From assembly GCA_001816655.1 (NCBI GenBank), contig MHCP01000030.1, forward strand, positions 69,623-133,622: a DNA stretch of 64,000 bases. Direction: 5' to 3'. This document shows, piece after piece, positions 39,296-48,370 of the stretch (its first letter is position 1; each line of letters begins with the position of its first letter). The stretch is from Candidatus Woykebacteria bacterium RBG_13_40_15. Its GTDB lineage: Bacteria > Patescibacteriota > Microgenomatia > Woykebacterales > RBG-16-39-9b. The position numbers and the translations under genes are program-made. Below the pieces are notes generated by a model that had not been told where the DNA came from, did not search any database, and saw only the letters and a program-made list of their open reading frames with translations.

Positions 39296-39592
39296 TTATC
39301 TTGAGCTAAAATGGAGATGGACTTTAAGATCCAAAGCATCTGCCAATTTTCTAATTTGAGAGAGTGATGGGCTAGCAGTTGCTGTTTCCAAACGTGATAT
39401 AACAGCTTGTCCTGTCTTCATTCTTTTTGCAAGCTCCTCTTGCGAAATCTTCTTTTTTATGCGCGCTTCGACTATTGCCTTTACAATCTCGAACTCTGGC
39501 TGTAAATCATCATATTCTTTCCTAACCCCAGGTTTTGCAAGGAGCTTTTTTTTAAATTGTTCGTATGTTGTAAAATTTGGTCTTTTTTTCAT
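39296..39592 (-). CDS. higA: HigA-like XRE-family HTH antitoxin
   Basis: 98 aa, HTH ISQEELAKRMKTGQAVISRLE. Overlaps the upstream toxin gene by 4 nt. Confidence 0.7.
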   Translation of the reverse strand: MKKRPNFTTYEQFKKKLLAKPGVRKEYDDLQPEFEIVKAIVEARIKKKISQEELAKRMKTGQAVISRLETATASPSLSQIRKLADALDLKVHLHFSSR

Positions 39593-39888
39593 ATTTTGTA
39601 TTCTCCTAAACGCTTTTTTGCTGTTTCTATTTCGTTCTTGGGTGTCTTTTGACTTTTCTTTTTGAAAGCATTTACGACTATAATCCTAGATTTCACTTTA
39701 CCTAAAATCAGCCTAATATTTCCAGGTCGTAGTTCCCACAAATTCTTATCCAGCTTCTTTAAATATTTTCCCGGTAAGGTAAATTGATATTGATTAAATA
39801 AATCAAAATATCCAACAATCCTACCTTGATCTGTATCTGCTAAAGTTTCGACAAATTGGTTAACCCGCTTGTCAACAATTACATTCAT
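39589..39888 (-). CDS. higB: RelE/ParE-superfamily toxin, HigB/phage Gp49-like
   Basis: 99 aa. LWELRPGNIRLIL motif typical of Gp49/HigB killer proteins. Toxin lies upstream of antitoxin, the higBA order. Confidence 0.65.
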   Translation of the reverse strand: MNVIVDKRVNQFVETLADTDQGRIVGYFDLFNQYQFTLPGKYLKKLDKNLWELRPGNIRLILGKVKSRIIVVNAFKKKSQKTPKNEIETAKKRLGEYKI

Positions 39889-39989
39889 ATAAATATTATG
39901 ATAAATTTGTCATATTGTCAACTTATTATCTAGCGAAAAAATTATACCATAAAATAAATCATCGCTATTCTAATTTTCTCATTCGTCCT

Positions 39990-40108
39990 AAGCGAAGCCG
40001 AAGGAAAGTAAGAATTTGAGAATGCTTAAGGAGGGGATTTTAGGGCTGATTGGATGGGGTTTCAAACAGTGAGCTTGAAGTTTACACTGAGTGAAATCGA
40101 AGTGAACC
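39990..40108 (+). repeat. copy Y of the dispersed intergenic repeat (complete unit; right flank of the higBA cassette)
   Basis: cgaaggaaagtaagaatttgag...ggattttagggctgattggatggggtttcaaacagtgagcttgaagtttacactgagtgaaatcgaagtgaacc. Same orientation as copy Z. Confidence 0.5.
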
Positions 40109-40205
40109 TGTGTCAAGGAAAGATTGGGAGAATTCTCAATTATCAGTCCATAAAATTAATTTCCTATGTTCAGTCCCTTTAGATTGTACTGTCTCCGTGT
40201 TTTAT

Positions 40206-40505
40206 TTATCTTCCTCTTCCACGCTTTACAATTTTTGCATTTTCATTCATTACACCGAAACGGGTTCCTTCAGTGGCATCCACGGCTTGCTTAACCAGTT
40301 TATTTGGTACTGCAATATAAGGTGTTTTTGTTGACGCAGCTAGTTGTTGTTTTGCATGACCAAAAGCATTTGGATCAACTTCCACCTCAATCGCCTGAGT
40401 TTTAGTCCGAACATCCACTCCTTTGTCAGAAGTGTAATCGGTTTCTTTAATTTGGGCTATTTTGATTGCAATCTGTTTATGCTGTTTACTTTCCACAATA
40501 ATCAC
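40206..40505 (-). CDS. hypothetical protein (99 aa) between the repeat and the restriction-modification (R-M) operon
   Basis: Clean ORF, not recognised. Confidence 0.4.
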   Translation of the reverse strand: MIIVESKQHKQIAIKIAQIKETDYTSDKGVDVRTKTQAIEVEVDPNAFGHAKQQLAASTKTPYIAVPNKLVKQAVDATEGTRFGVMNENAKIVKRGRGR

Positions 40506-40682
40506 CCCCTTACGGGATAGTTTAATATTATTTAATTATTTCAAGATTTTTCCCTCTCTCCCTGAGGTCAAAAGACTACAAAAAGAAAGGCCTGTTTAAA
40601 AATCCATTGTATATATTATACTACTCAAGCGACTAATTTGGAAGATAGAATAACCTTTTTTAGCCTCAAAGTTACCCTTAAT

Positions 40683-41870
40683 TTAGGAAAAAGGTAGTTT
40701 TTGTTGATCTACCCATACTGTTTCTCGTAAATTAACTTTTTGGATATTAAAATCTATTAATGATTTATGAACTTTTTTCTTCTGTATCAAGAAAAGGAAT
40801 TCTTTATTCTGAATGTTGTGTTCGTTTTCCCCTAACCATTCATTCGTCCAAGTCATTGTTGACATAACATTTTTCTTGTAATCCATCTCCAAAATAGAAC
40901 ACGGTAAATTAAGCTCTCGTAAAATTTCCATTATAGCATCAAAGGTGGCTCTTCCATTGTTGCTATAAGACAAAACAACATATTTTGCATTAGTCTTTTT
41001 TATTAGTTCTTTAAGTGCGTTAATAACAACATATCGGCCATTTTTGTCCTTTCGAAACTCCTCAAAAATTGACCCCGCAACTATATCACTTACGTCCTCA
41101 CGTCGATTAGCCGCACCTACCACCTTTGGTTTGTCATTAAGACAGACCGATTTCCAAATATGATAGTAAGAGGCATATCGAACACGTGATGGGGGCATAA
41201 GTTCATTAGAAGAACCATATGGTGGATCATAGTAGGCTAGATCAACCTCTACTTTATCTAGGAGGTTAAAAATATCATCGCAGAAAACCCGATGATCCAT
41301 TTCATCTATTATTAACCTCGGAGCCTCCATTTTCATTACATGGTAAGCGCGGGGGGCCCATTGTTTTAAATAAGAAACGTGGTGCCCTACAGAACTATCT
41401 ACCTTATCCATTGCTAAAATTAGGCTTGTGAGAAGTACTGACTTTTCAATTTCATCTTTTGAAACCTTATCAATTTGCTCACGGATAGCATCAAGCTTCA
41501 TAGTATTATGCAACTGCCACATCTTCTTTCTACCATCTATATCTACAGCACTACCACCGTTAGGTTCTCCACCATAATGTTTCGAAAACCATCCCAACTT
41601 ACCTGGAATTTTATTCAAATTATCAATCAGGGGTAGATAGTAAGATGCTGGTTTCCTATTTAAAAGATAGCATTGCCCAAAAATTTTTGACCATACAGCA
41701 ATATCGTTTGCATAAACAGTATACCCAGCCTTTTTGAATGCTTGAGAAACTCTTGTGGTACCAGAAAAGCCGTCGAATATCGTACTAACATTTAAGGAAG
41801 CTACTAGCTTGAGTAGAATGGGAATTATCTCCCTTTTTGATCCTGTGTACTTAATACCTTCAGTTTGCAT
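40683..41870 (-). CDS. DNA N6-adenine methyltransferase, Dam/D12 class (R-M methylase)
   Basis: N-terminal KYTGSKREI (Y.GSK) and motif IV YYDPPYG. 395 aa. Confidence 0.8.
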   Translation of the reverse strand: MQTEGIKYTGSKREIIPILLKLVASLNVSTIFDGFSGTTRVSQAFKKAGYTVYANDIAVWSKIFGQCYLLNRKPASYYLPLIDNLNKIPGKLGWFSKHYGGEPNGGSAVDIDGRKKMWQLHNTMKLDAIREQIDKVSKDEIEKSVLLTSLILAMDKVDSSVGHHVSYLKQWAPRAYHVMKMEAPRLIIDEMDHRVFCDDIFNLLDKVEVDLAYYDPPYGSSNELMPPSRVRYASYYHIWKSVCLNDKPKVVGAANRREDVSDIVAGSIFEEFRKDKNGRYVVINALKELIKKTNAKYVVLSYSNNGRATFDAIMEILRELNLPCSILEMDYKKNVMSTMTWTNEWLGENEHNIQNKEFLFLIQKKKVHKSLIDFNIQKVNLRETVWVDQQKLPFS

Positions 41871-41919
41871 ATTATTATCCTTCTATCTGATTTTAGCAAA
41901 AGAAAGTATCTATTGTAAG

Positions 41920-42750
41920 TTATATTACTGATTTTTCTTTTGATTGTGGAAATAATTTTAGAATTTCTTCGTGCTTGTCTTTTGGAGAAACAAGAATTTT
42001 TGAAATTAAGTTAATAAGAGACTCATTAATTTTATAGGAACCGCTCAGTAGCTCCCGAAAGTAAGGTTTTGCATTTTCAGTATGTGTCCACAAACCTCTT
42101 TGTAGTGCATTAGCGCTTACTCCACCGTATCTTACCTCAAAAATATACTGACCTTTCTCATTATAGAATTTATATATTGGAAATGTCTGTTTAAGTCCTA
42201 GTTTCCTTGGTGGATAAAACTTGATTTGTCTAACTGATTGGTAAGCGCGAGACAAATCAAATACAACAATTTTGAAGTTTAACTGCTTTTCGTTGTAAAT
42301 TAATGGCAGAACATTCACAGCACCGAAATTCACAAAACATGGTTCGTTCAAAATAATTTTGATTTTGTTTATGTCTTTAATATCCTTGTTAGCTACCACT
42401 TTTTGTAGAAACTTAAACATCGAACTGTCTTTATTCGTTGACAGTTGCAACGGACCAGCGCCATATGTTTTTACGCTGACAGGGATTTCAGATTCAGATT
42501 GAAGGTCTTTAATCCTGATATCTTCTTCAAATTCCTTTGCTCTAAACTTTTCCTTCCCAGTGTGTCGAGCAGAAAAACCATCGACAAACTGATTGATGTA
42601 TTCCGTAAGTGCGATTTCTGCAAGATCTCCGTGTGTTTTGTTTCCTATAACTCGCATGGAGAAAACATTAGCTAGGACGCTGTAAATAATCGGTTGGTTG
42701 CCTCTAAAGCTCTCTTCAAATTTGTTTAAAAACTTATCAAATGAAGACAT
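41920..42750 (-). CDS. putative type II restriction endonuclease (assigned by position between the C and M genes)
   Basis: 276 aa. No family recognised. 3-nt gap to the C gene and 50-nt gap to the methylase. Confidence 0.45.
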   Translation of the reverse strand: MSSFDKFLNKFEESFRGNQPIIYSVLANVFSMRVIGNKTHGDLAEIALTEYINQFVDGFSARHTGKEKFRAKEFEEDIRIKDLQSESEIPVSVKTYGAGPLQLSTNKDSSMFKFLQKVVANKDIKDINKIKIILNEPCFVNFGAVNVLPLIYNEKQLNFKIVVFDLSRAYQSVRQIKFYPPRKLGLKQTFPIYKFYNEKGQYIFEVRYGGVSANALQRGLWTHTENAKPYFRELLSGSYKINESLINLISKILVSPKDKHEEILKLFPQSKEKSVI

Positions 42751-42752
42751 AT

Positions 42753-42968
42753 TTAAGAGTCTTGAAATAAGTCTGCTAATTTCAGATTAAGAGCTGTTGC
42801 TACTTTTTGTATATTCTCGAGGGTAATATTTTTCTCAGCCCTTTCTATCATTCCAATATACGTCCTATGCATGCCAGCCCGATCCGCTAACTCCTCTTGA
42901 GATATTCCAAGTTTTTTTCTTTCCGCTTTGACACGTATAGCAAAACTAAGTAGTACAGAACTTTTCAT
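42753..42968 (-). CDS. R-M controller (C) protein, XRE-family HTH
   Basis: 71 aa. LGISQEELADRAGMHRTYIGMIERAEKNITLENIQKVATALNLKLADLF matches the C-protein family pattern. Confidence 0.75.
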   Translation of the reverse strand: MKSSVLLSFAIRVKAERKKLGISQEELADRAGMHRTYIGMIERAEKNITLENIQKVATALNLKLADLFQDS

Positions 42969-43009
42969 ATCGAGTTAAGTTTATGATAATGCTAACTTTA
43001 GTTCTACAT

Positions 43010-43017
43010 ACTATAGT
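43010..43017. promoter_or_regulatory. C-box-like palindrome ACTATAGT about 42 nt upstream of the C gene, nested in GATAA...TTATC
   Basis: Perfect 8-bp palindrome read from the sequence. Resembles the GACT-N3-AGTC C-box core. Confidence 0.35.
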
Positions 43018-43221
43018 TATCGAAGGAAGAGTTGGTGGTTTATTAGATTTTGGCCTCAAAATCGATTCCGATTGATTTCTCTCTTTAGTTAGATGGAAGA
43101 TGTTAGATTGAAGACTGAAGGCGGGTTGGGAGTTGACAATAATTGGGCAGCCTACTATAATAAGTCCATAAAACTAGGGAATGATCCTAATTCAGGGTCC
43201 TCCCTATTTTTGTTAGCCTAT

Positions 43222-43497
43222 CTAGAACCAAAGCGGATTTAGAAGAGGTTCGCCAAGAGCTTTGGAAATTTTCTTAAGAGTCGCTACCGAGGGCAAAGAG
43301 TGCATTGATTCAATACGAGAAATCACCGGCTGCTTCATACCTACTTTTTTGGCAAGCTCTTCTTGCGATAAATTCTTTTTAATCCGTACTTCAATTAAAC
43401 TTTTTACCAGTTGATATTCCGGCTCCAAATCTTCGTAAGCTTTTTGGATAGCCGTATTTTTCGCCCAGCGTCTTTCAATTTTTTCGAATGGAACCAA
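43222..43497 (-). CDS. HigA-like XRE HTH antitoxin paralogue (orphan)
   Basis: 91 aa, about 45% identical to 39296..39592 (LSQEELAKKVGMKQPVISRIE). Uses a TTG start. Confidence 0.65.
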   Translation of the reverse strand: MVPFEKIERRWAKNTAIQKAYEDLEPEYQLVKSLIEVRIKKNLSQEELAKKVGMKQPVISRIESMHSLPSVATLKKISKALGEPLLNPLWF

Positions 43498-43700
43498 CTT
43501 GATTTTATTTTTTCTCCTAATAAACCCCCTTTACATACTCAAAAATTCGAGGGAATCTTATAACTTTTTTGTTATAAAGTCAACGGTCAATCAAGACAAC
43601 CCGATTTTATCGCTTTGGCAATCAGGCGTCAAATATGTAGGGAAATGGTTCGACAGGCTCACCACTGGGTTGGGAGTTGACTAAAGGTTGACAAAAAGTT
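43498..43700 (-). pseudogene. decayed HigB/Gp49-like toxin remnant upstream of the orphan HigA
   Basis: The minus-strand reading keeps ttaggagaaaaaataa (compare ttaggagaatacaaaatatga, the LGEYKI* end of higB) and gtcgaacca (compare gtcgaaact), but has multiple stops. Confidence 0.4.
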
Positions 43701-43787
43701 TACAATATATTTACAAAGACCCTGTTTCCGAATTGTCACCGTATGGTGCGCGTTCCAAGCTTACGTTTGGATAGGAAGCAGGGTCGC

Positions 43788-44411
43788 TTATTTAAACTCC
43801 CATAAATCTTCAATTTTTTTGGAGCTCTTTAATTCATTTAAATATCTCTTCTCCTTACCTGAAAATACTGAAAATATTGATCCTGCAACCATATCAGCAA
43901 GTTGAATAAGTGTGTTTTGCCTAGATTCCACAAATTTCAAATCTTTAAAAATCTTCTTACTTTTATTGTCCAATTCTCTGCTTAGATATGTGCGAAGCTG
44001 GTCTCTCAACTCCTTTTCACCTCTTTTGTCAAATTTTAATCGTGCGTTTTTTATAGAACCGCTGCTATGCTTTAAAACCTGCATAATAATGTAGTTATAA
44101 AAGTTTTCTTTGTTATTTCGAAGGTGAGAACTTCGAATATTTTGTTTGCCCGCAACAATTGCTCTAATTCGAAATTTGTATGTTTTCACTGTTTCAAAAA
44201 ATAAATCTTTAAATTTTTTATTAGTTTTATTGAATTTAAATTCGTAAAAATCAGAAACTTTCAATTTCCTCCGCAACTCCTTAATTGCAAGGGATGTTTT
44301 CTCTGCTTCTAAATCGTCGTCAAACACAACTAATGCAATAACAAAGACTTTAGTTGATCCTTTATCAATTTTGAATCCTGGGTCTCCTGAATCATCGATA
44401 AAAACAAGCAT
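43788..44411 (-). CDS. DUF3800-family protein
   Basis: 207 aa. N-terminal LVFIDDSGD and C-terminal IQLADMVAG, characteristic of DUF3800. Confidence 0.6.
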   Translation of the reverse strand: MLVFIDDSGDPGFKIDKGSTKVFVIALVVFDDDLEAEKTSLAIKELRRKLKVSDFYEFKFNKTNKKFKDLFFETVKTYKFRIRAIVAGKQNIRSSHLRNNKENFYNYIIMQVLKHSSGSIKNARLKFDKRGEKELRDQLRTYLSRELDNKSKKIFKDLKFVESRQNTLIQLADMVAGSIFSVFSGKEKRYLNELKSSKKIEDLWEFK

Positions 44412-44522
44412 GGTAAAATTTTATCGCTTTATGAATCAAGCATCAATTAAATCAGAGTTAAGAATTGGGGTTTTTGAAGGCGGGAGGATTTATTTCTTTT
44501 TCCCTTTTATTTTTGTTTCTAT

Positions 44523-44714
44523 TCACTTCAGAAGAGGTATGGCATCTCTTTCGGGTCGCTCAGCAAACTTTTTTCTCGTGCGTGCCAGTGAATCATCTAT
44601 TGCTTCGTTCGCCCAAGAAGAAAAGCTCTGTCCGGCTAGCAAGAGATTGGCTCTTAATTTAAGATAGTTTTCTTTGTTTACCATCACTGAGATTTTGTAG
44701 TTTTTGTTTTCCAT
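44523..44714 (-). CDS. ribbon-helix-helix (Arc/MetJ/CopG-like) small DNA-binding protein
   Basis: 63 aa. ISVMVNKENYLKLRANLLLAGQSFSSWANEAI fits the RHH beta-strand plus two-helix pattern. Confidence 0.45.
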   Translation of the reverse strand: MENKNYKISVMVNKENYLKLRANLLLAGQSFSSWANEAIDDSLARTRKKFAERPERDAIPLLK

Positions 44715-45223
44715 ATTTCTATAATACCCTAATTATATATTTATGTCAATATGGTTTTATGGTATCAAAGGGGACCTAAAGTATCTCTTATTTACCTCTT
44801 CTTACCGGCTTTGTGGTGGTTTTTTTGGAAAGACTTTCTACCTGCATTTCGACCATTAAAGGCATTAGAGTGTTTCCTTACTTCCTGCGGCCAGGTTGGT
44901 TTCATGCTTTTATTATACATCTTACCCAAGTAATAAATAAGGTGGCTGCCTCTCTGATACCTTGCTTATTTGAATTAAGGGTGTAGACTGAAAGCAGTGA
45001 CTGAAAACGTAAGTGATTTCATTTCCTTTCATAATGCCCATATATTAGATCCGGAACTTACCGCCAGCTTCGAGACTGTTTCAGTTTTTGCAGCAAAGAA
45101 AAATATCGCCCTTGAAGATTTATCGATCGAAAAACACAGGCTCCCTTTTATCAACTGGTGCATCGGCCTCACTATCTCCCAAGTCTAATCTTTAAGGATA
45201 ATTCAAAAGGCCTAGCTTAGTAT

Positions 45224-46243
45224 TTAGAAAATTTTTTCTCTAACCACCTCTTCGACTAGTTTACCCTTCATCCCATAACCTGGCAGTGACCAAGCCGAAT
45301 AAAATACACCGTCATAATAAGGCATCACTGTAGCCAGGTACCAGCCTGTAAAACTAGCCTGTTCCTCTTCGCTTACCTCAATTCCTGGCATAATCGCTTT
45401 ATAAAGAGCAGGCTTTTTGGTGGAAATAGCAAATTCGCCAACTATAATTGGAAGATTTAGTTTTTCGGCTGCACTAGAGGTCTCTTTGACAAAATCGGCA
45501 AATTCGAATTCTTTAAACTCTTTTAGCCACTCGGCACGATCTGGCGGAAAGAGGTCTAGCATCACTCCATCAAAATCTTTGCTTGATTCGACTCGCTGTA
45601 TCGCTGCAATTCGATTTTTAAATCGCTCACCAGAACAATCGCGATTTATACATTCGTAACATCCCCATTTGCCGTAGATTTTTCCAAAGTAAACTTTTCT
45701 AATCTCCGGCAAAATCTTTTTATGCCATTCTATCGCCCTCTCCCCACCAAAAATACAATCCGGTTCATTAAAAGGGCTAAAGTACTCGACACCATATTTT
45801 TCAGCAAATCGCGCCCACTTTATAACTTCTTTGGAATAATCATCAATTGTTTTATCAGATAGTTTAGCCGGATCATCCCCCAATGGGTTTGTCCCTTCGG
45901 GAGCTAAGTGAACTGCGATTTTTTCTTTTTTTGCAGCTTTAATCAAATGGAGAAGCATTGTCTGCTGGGCGTAATCGGTTATACCAACTGCCCAAGAAGG
46001 CACATTCACCGGCGGCCCGACCGAAACTAAATTTATATTGTCTTTTTTTATATCTGGTATGTCTTTTCCCAAAACAAAAGGCATTGCAGGACCCCAAACT
46101 CCTTTTATGTAAGTAGGATAGTTACGCTCTGTTGGAACACCGACCCAAGCGGTAGCCGTGTAATAAATAAGAAAAAGCAAAATTAATGAAAAGATTCCGA
46201 GAAGTACAGAAATTATCTTATGCTTTTTTATAAATCTGAGCAT
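45224..46243 (-). CDS. membrane-anchored glycoside hydrolase, GH5-like
   Basis: N-terminal TM. FNEPD (NEP acid/base) and VGEFA (nucleophile Glu) spaced as in GH5. Confidence 0.5.
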   Translation of the reverse strand: MLRFIKKHKIISVLLGIFSLILLFLIYYTATAWVGVPTERNYPTYIKGVWGPAMPFVLGKDIPDIKKDNINLVSVGPPVNVPSWAVGITDYAQQTMLLHLIKAAKKEKIAVHLAPEGTNPLGDDPAKLSDKTIDDYSKEVIKWARFAEKYGVEYFSPFNEPDCIFGGERAIEWHKKILPEIRKVYFGKIYGKWGCYECINRDCSGERFKNRIAAIQRVESSKDFDGVMLDLFPPDRAEWLKEFKEFEFADFVKETSSAAEKLNLPIIVGEFAISTKKPALYKAIMPGIEVSEEEQASFTGWYLATVMPYYDGVFYSAWSLPGYGMKGKLVEEVVREKIF

Positions 46244-46346
46244 AAATTTATTGATGATTTATAATAATTGTAGCAAAATGGGAATGGAAAGGGCAGGTGC
46301 GGTATCTCGTCCTTTCCATCATTAGCAATCTATGTTGTCGACGTCG

Positions 46347-46745
46347 CTACGCTGCTTCCTCCTCCACGTAGAGCGCGCAGTCCTGAACGGAAGCAACCTT
46401 GATCCGAATATGCCGAGGGTCAGTCCAGAACTCCCTGATCGCAACGATGCACCGCTTCCCTTGGTCGGTCCTTCTCTTCAGAGCGTTGTATAGCCAGGGG
46501 CAGATCAGAAAGTCTCTAAACATGGCTGAGAGAATTATGCCGTCACTAAGGCTGCGTACCCCTCCGTCTCGCAAGAACCTTGTATCTCCACAGTCGAGTT
46601 TCTTTGGAGGTACCTCGTTGATTGAGAACACCTCCACACAACGCACTGCTCCTCGTAATGCATCACCCTGTGTCCGTGCAACTGGAATCGAAATCAACCA
46701 GCTTTGGTCTATCGTCCCTTCATCGGTAAAAATGACTGTAGTCAT
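46347..46745 (-). CDS. hypothetical protein on a GC-rich islet
   Basis: 132 aa ORF, high local GC. Confidence 0.4.
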   Translation of the reverse strand: MTTVIFTDEGTIDQSWLISIPVARTQGDALRGAVRCVEVFSINEVPPKKLDCGDTRFLRDGGVRSLSDGIILSAMFRDFLICPWLYNALKRRTDQGKRCIVAIREFWTDPRHIRIKVASVQDCALYVEEEAA

Positions 46746-46879
46746 AGTTACCCTGTCTCCTCCTATTCTGTTTACCTGGCTTTAGCCGGCTTCTTCTCTT
46801 TCCTCGAACCAGATTTTAACAGATTTGGGATAAAAAATCGAAAATAAAATGCAATCTCTAGCTTTTTACTAGCTTTTAC

Positions 46880-46977
46880 ATGTAGAAAGGAAGAAAGATA
46901 GAAAGGGGGCGCAACCCTTGGGAGAATTGCGCCCCAGTGGTAGAAGGTGGCTTGCTGAAGCGTTTAGCGGCAAGCCA
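46880..46977 (-). terminator. two consecutive GC hairpins downstream of 47030..47404; the first is followed by a U-rich tract on the minus strand
   Basis: GGGGCGCAA-n12-TTGCGCCCC (46906-46935), then TGGCTTGC-n14-GCAAGCCA (46948-46977). Confidence 0.45.
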
Positions 46978-47029
46978 CTGTAGGACCAGTACCCTACGTC
47001 AATCTTCAACCCGAGTCGTAAGGATCCGA

Positions 47030-47404
47030 TTAGGCAGGGACTTTTATCGGCTCCCTACAATCAAGGTTGATTGATAGCCCCAGATCCTTGTAGTGAGCAA
47101 GAACCACCCGGCATCTATCGCTAACTCGAAGCCGCTCATCGTTGTCCCCTGGAACAACCGCATTTAGGTTGTGCCTCTCAGCATCGGGGTACGGCTCGGG
47201 TGCGTAGAAGTAGCTGAACTCGGCGTCCGGGCAGACTTGTCTTATCTCTCTTACCACCGCCCGAACATGGGACGCTATGATCCTCACTTCTCCAGGGGCC
47301 CGCTCAAGCTCCGCTCGCAGCAGTGCAACGCCTGCTTCGATTGACTGCTTCACCGCTTGATCAACCGACTCGAGGGTATCGATTGGGATCATATCAATCT
47401 TCAT
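47030..47404 (-). CDS. hypothetical protein on a GC-rich islet
   Basis: 124 aa ORF, high GC. Confidence 0.45.
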   Translation of the reverse strand: MKIDMIPIDTLESVDQAVKQSIEAGVALLRAELERAPGEVRIIASHVRAVVREIRQVCPDAEFSYFYAPEPYPDAERHNLNAVVPGDNDERLRVSDRCRVVLAHYKDLGLSINLDCREPIKVPA

Positions 47405-47528
47405 TGACCGCTCCTTCCTCGTCTGATTCCCTGCTTCTTAATTAAATTCTAACATTATCAAGTTTTTTGTTCTAGCAAGGAAAAGTTTATTTGACGCAAA
47501 AGCCTCGCGATAATAAACTTAAAGATAG

Positions 47529-48362
47529 ATGGAAACTCCTGCCCAAGTCTCAGCAACCCAACCTCCCCAACCAGAGATAACGAAATCTGGTGGTGGAAAG
47601 CGGTTACTCTTCTTTTTTATTGTTTTAGTTCTTTTAATTGGTCCTTGGGTTTTTGAATTTGGTTTACTTGATCTATTAAGGGACCAACCAAAAGATTATA
47701 TCCCACCCGTCGCCACAAAAAGCGCCAAACCTAAAGCACCCACGTTTACAAAAGAAGAACTCATAGATTCTTTTGTCAATACAGCCATTTTTGACGTAAA
47801 GGAGCAGGAGATTTGTATTACCAGATGGAATAAAGCTGTTGTCACTATTGGATTTGCTCAAGCGCCAACAGAAAACATAAAAAAATACGTAGATGAATAT
47901 GTAGAACAATTCAACAGCGTTTCAAATTCTGTAAAACTAGTGGGAATAGATCAAGGCCAAGCAGACATAACAATACAACTACTTTCTGAATCTAAGTATC
48001 TAAACGTTGCAAATACAGAAAGAACTAAAAAGGCAAGGGGTTTTGCCCGTTGGGAGTACAACAAAGGCAGTTGCGAAACCTACACTGGCGGTGCTTACTT
48101 TAATATGACTCAATTGACTGCTGCTCTGGCACAAAAAATTATAATTTGGCATGAGCTTCAACACAATATGGGGTTTTGGGGCCATTCAGAACTAAAAGCT
48201 TGTACCATTCACGGAATGGCCTGTGATTTGAAAGAGTTTGGGGAAATCGAGAAAAACTTTATTGATATGCTTTATAACAGCGGTTTGCCTCTTTGTTCAA
48301 AATCACATGCAGCAACTACTTATTTGCTAAATAATTGGCAAAAAAAGTATAATGATAATTAA
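47529..48362 (+). CDS. membrane-anchored putative zinc metallopeptidase (HELQHNMGFWGH, metzincin-like)
   Basis: 277 aa. N-terminal TM. HExxH followed by G and H. Confidence 0.5.
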   Translation: METPAQVSATQPPQPEITKSGGGKRLLFFFIVLVLLIGPWVFEFGLLDLLRDQPKDYIPPVATKSAKPKAPTFTKEELIDSFVNTAIFDVKEQEICITRWNKAVVTIGFAQAPTENIKKYVDEYVEQFNSVSNSVKLVGIDQGQADITIQLLSESKYLNVANTERTKKARGFARWEYNKGSCETYTGGAYFNMTQLTAALAQKIIIWHELQHNMGFWGHSELKACTIHGMACDLKEFGEIEKNFIDMLYNSGLPLCSKSHAATTYLLNNWQKKYNDN

Positions 48363-48370
48363 CTGCCTTA

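Noticed and set aside
44751-45188. Two plus-strand ORFs of 60 and 63 aa in the 500-nt gene-less stretch
   Set aside because: One starts at GTG with no SD and the other is Trp/Phe-rich low-complexity. Neither has support, and the region is more likely regulatory or decayed.
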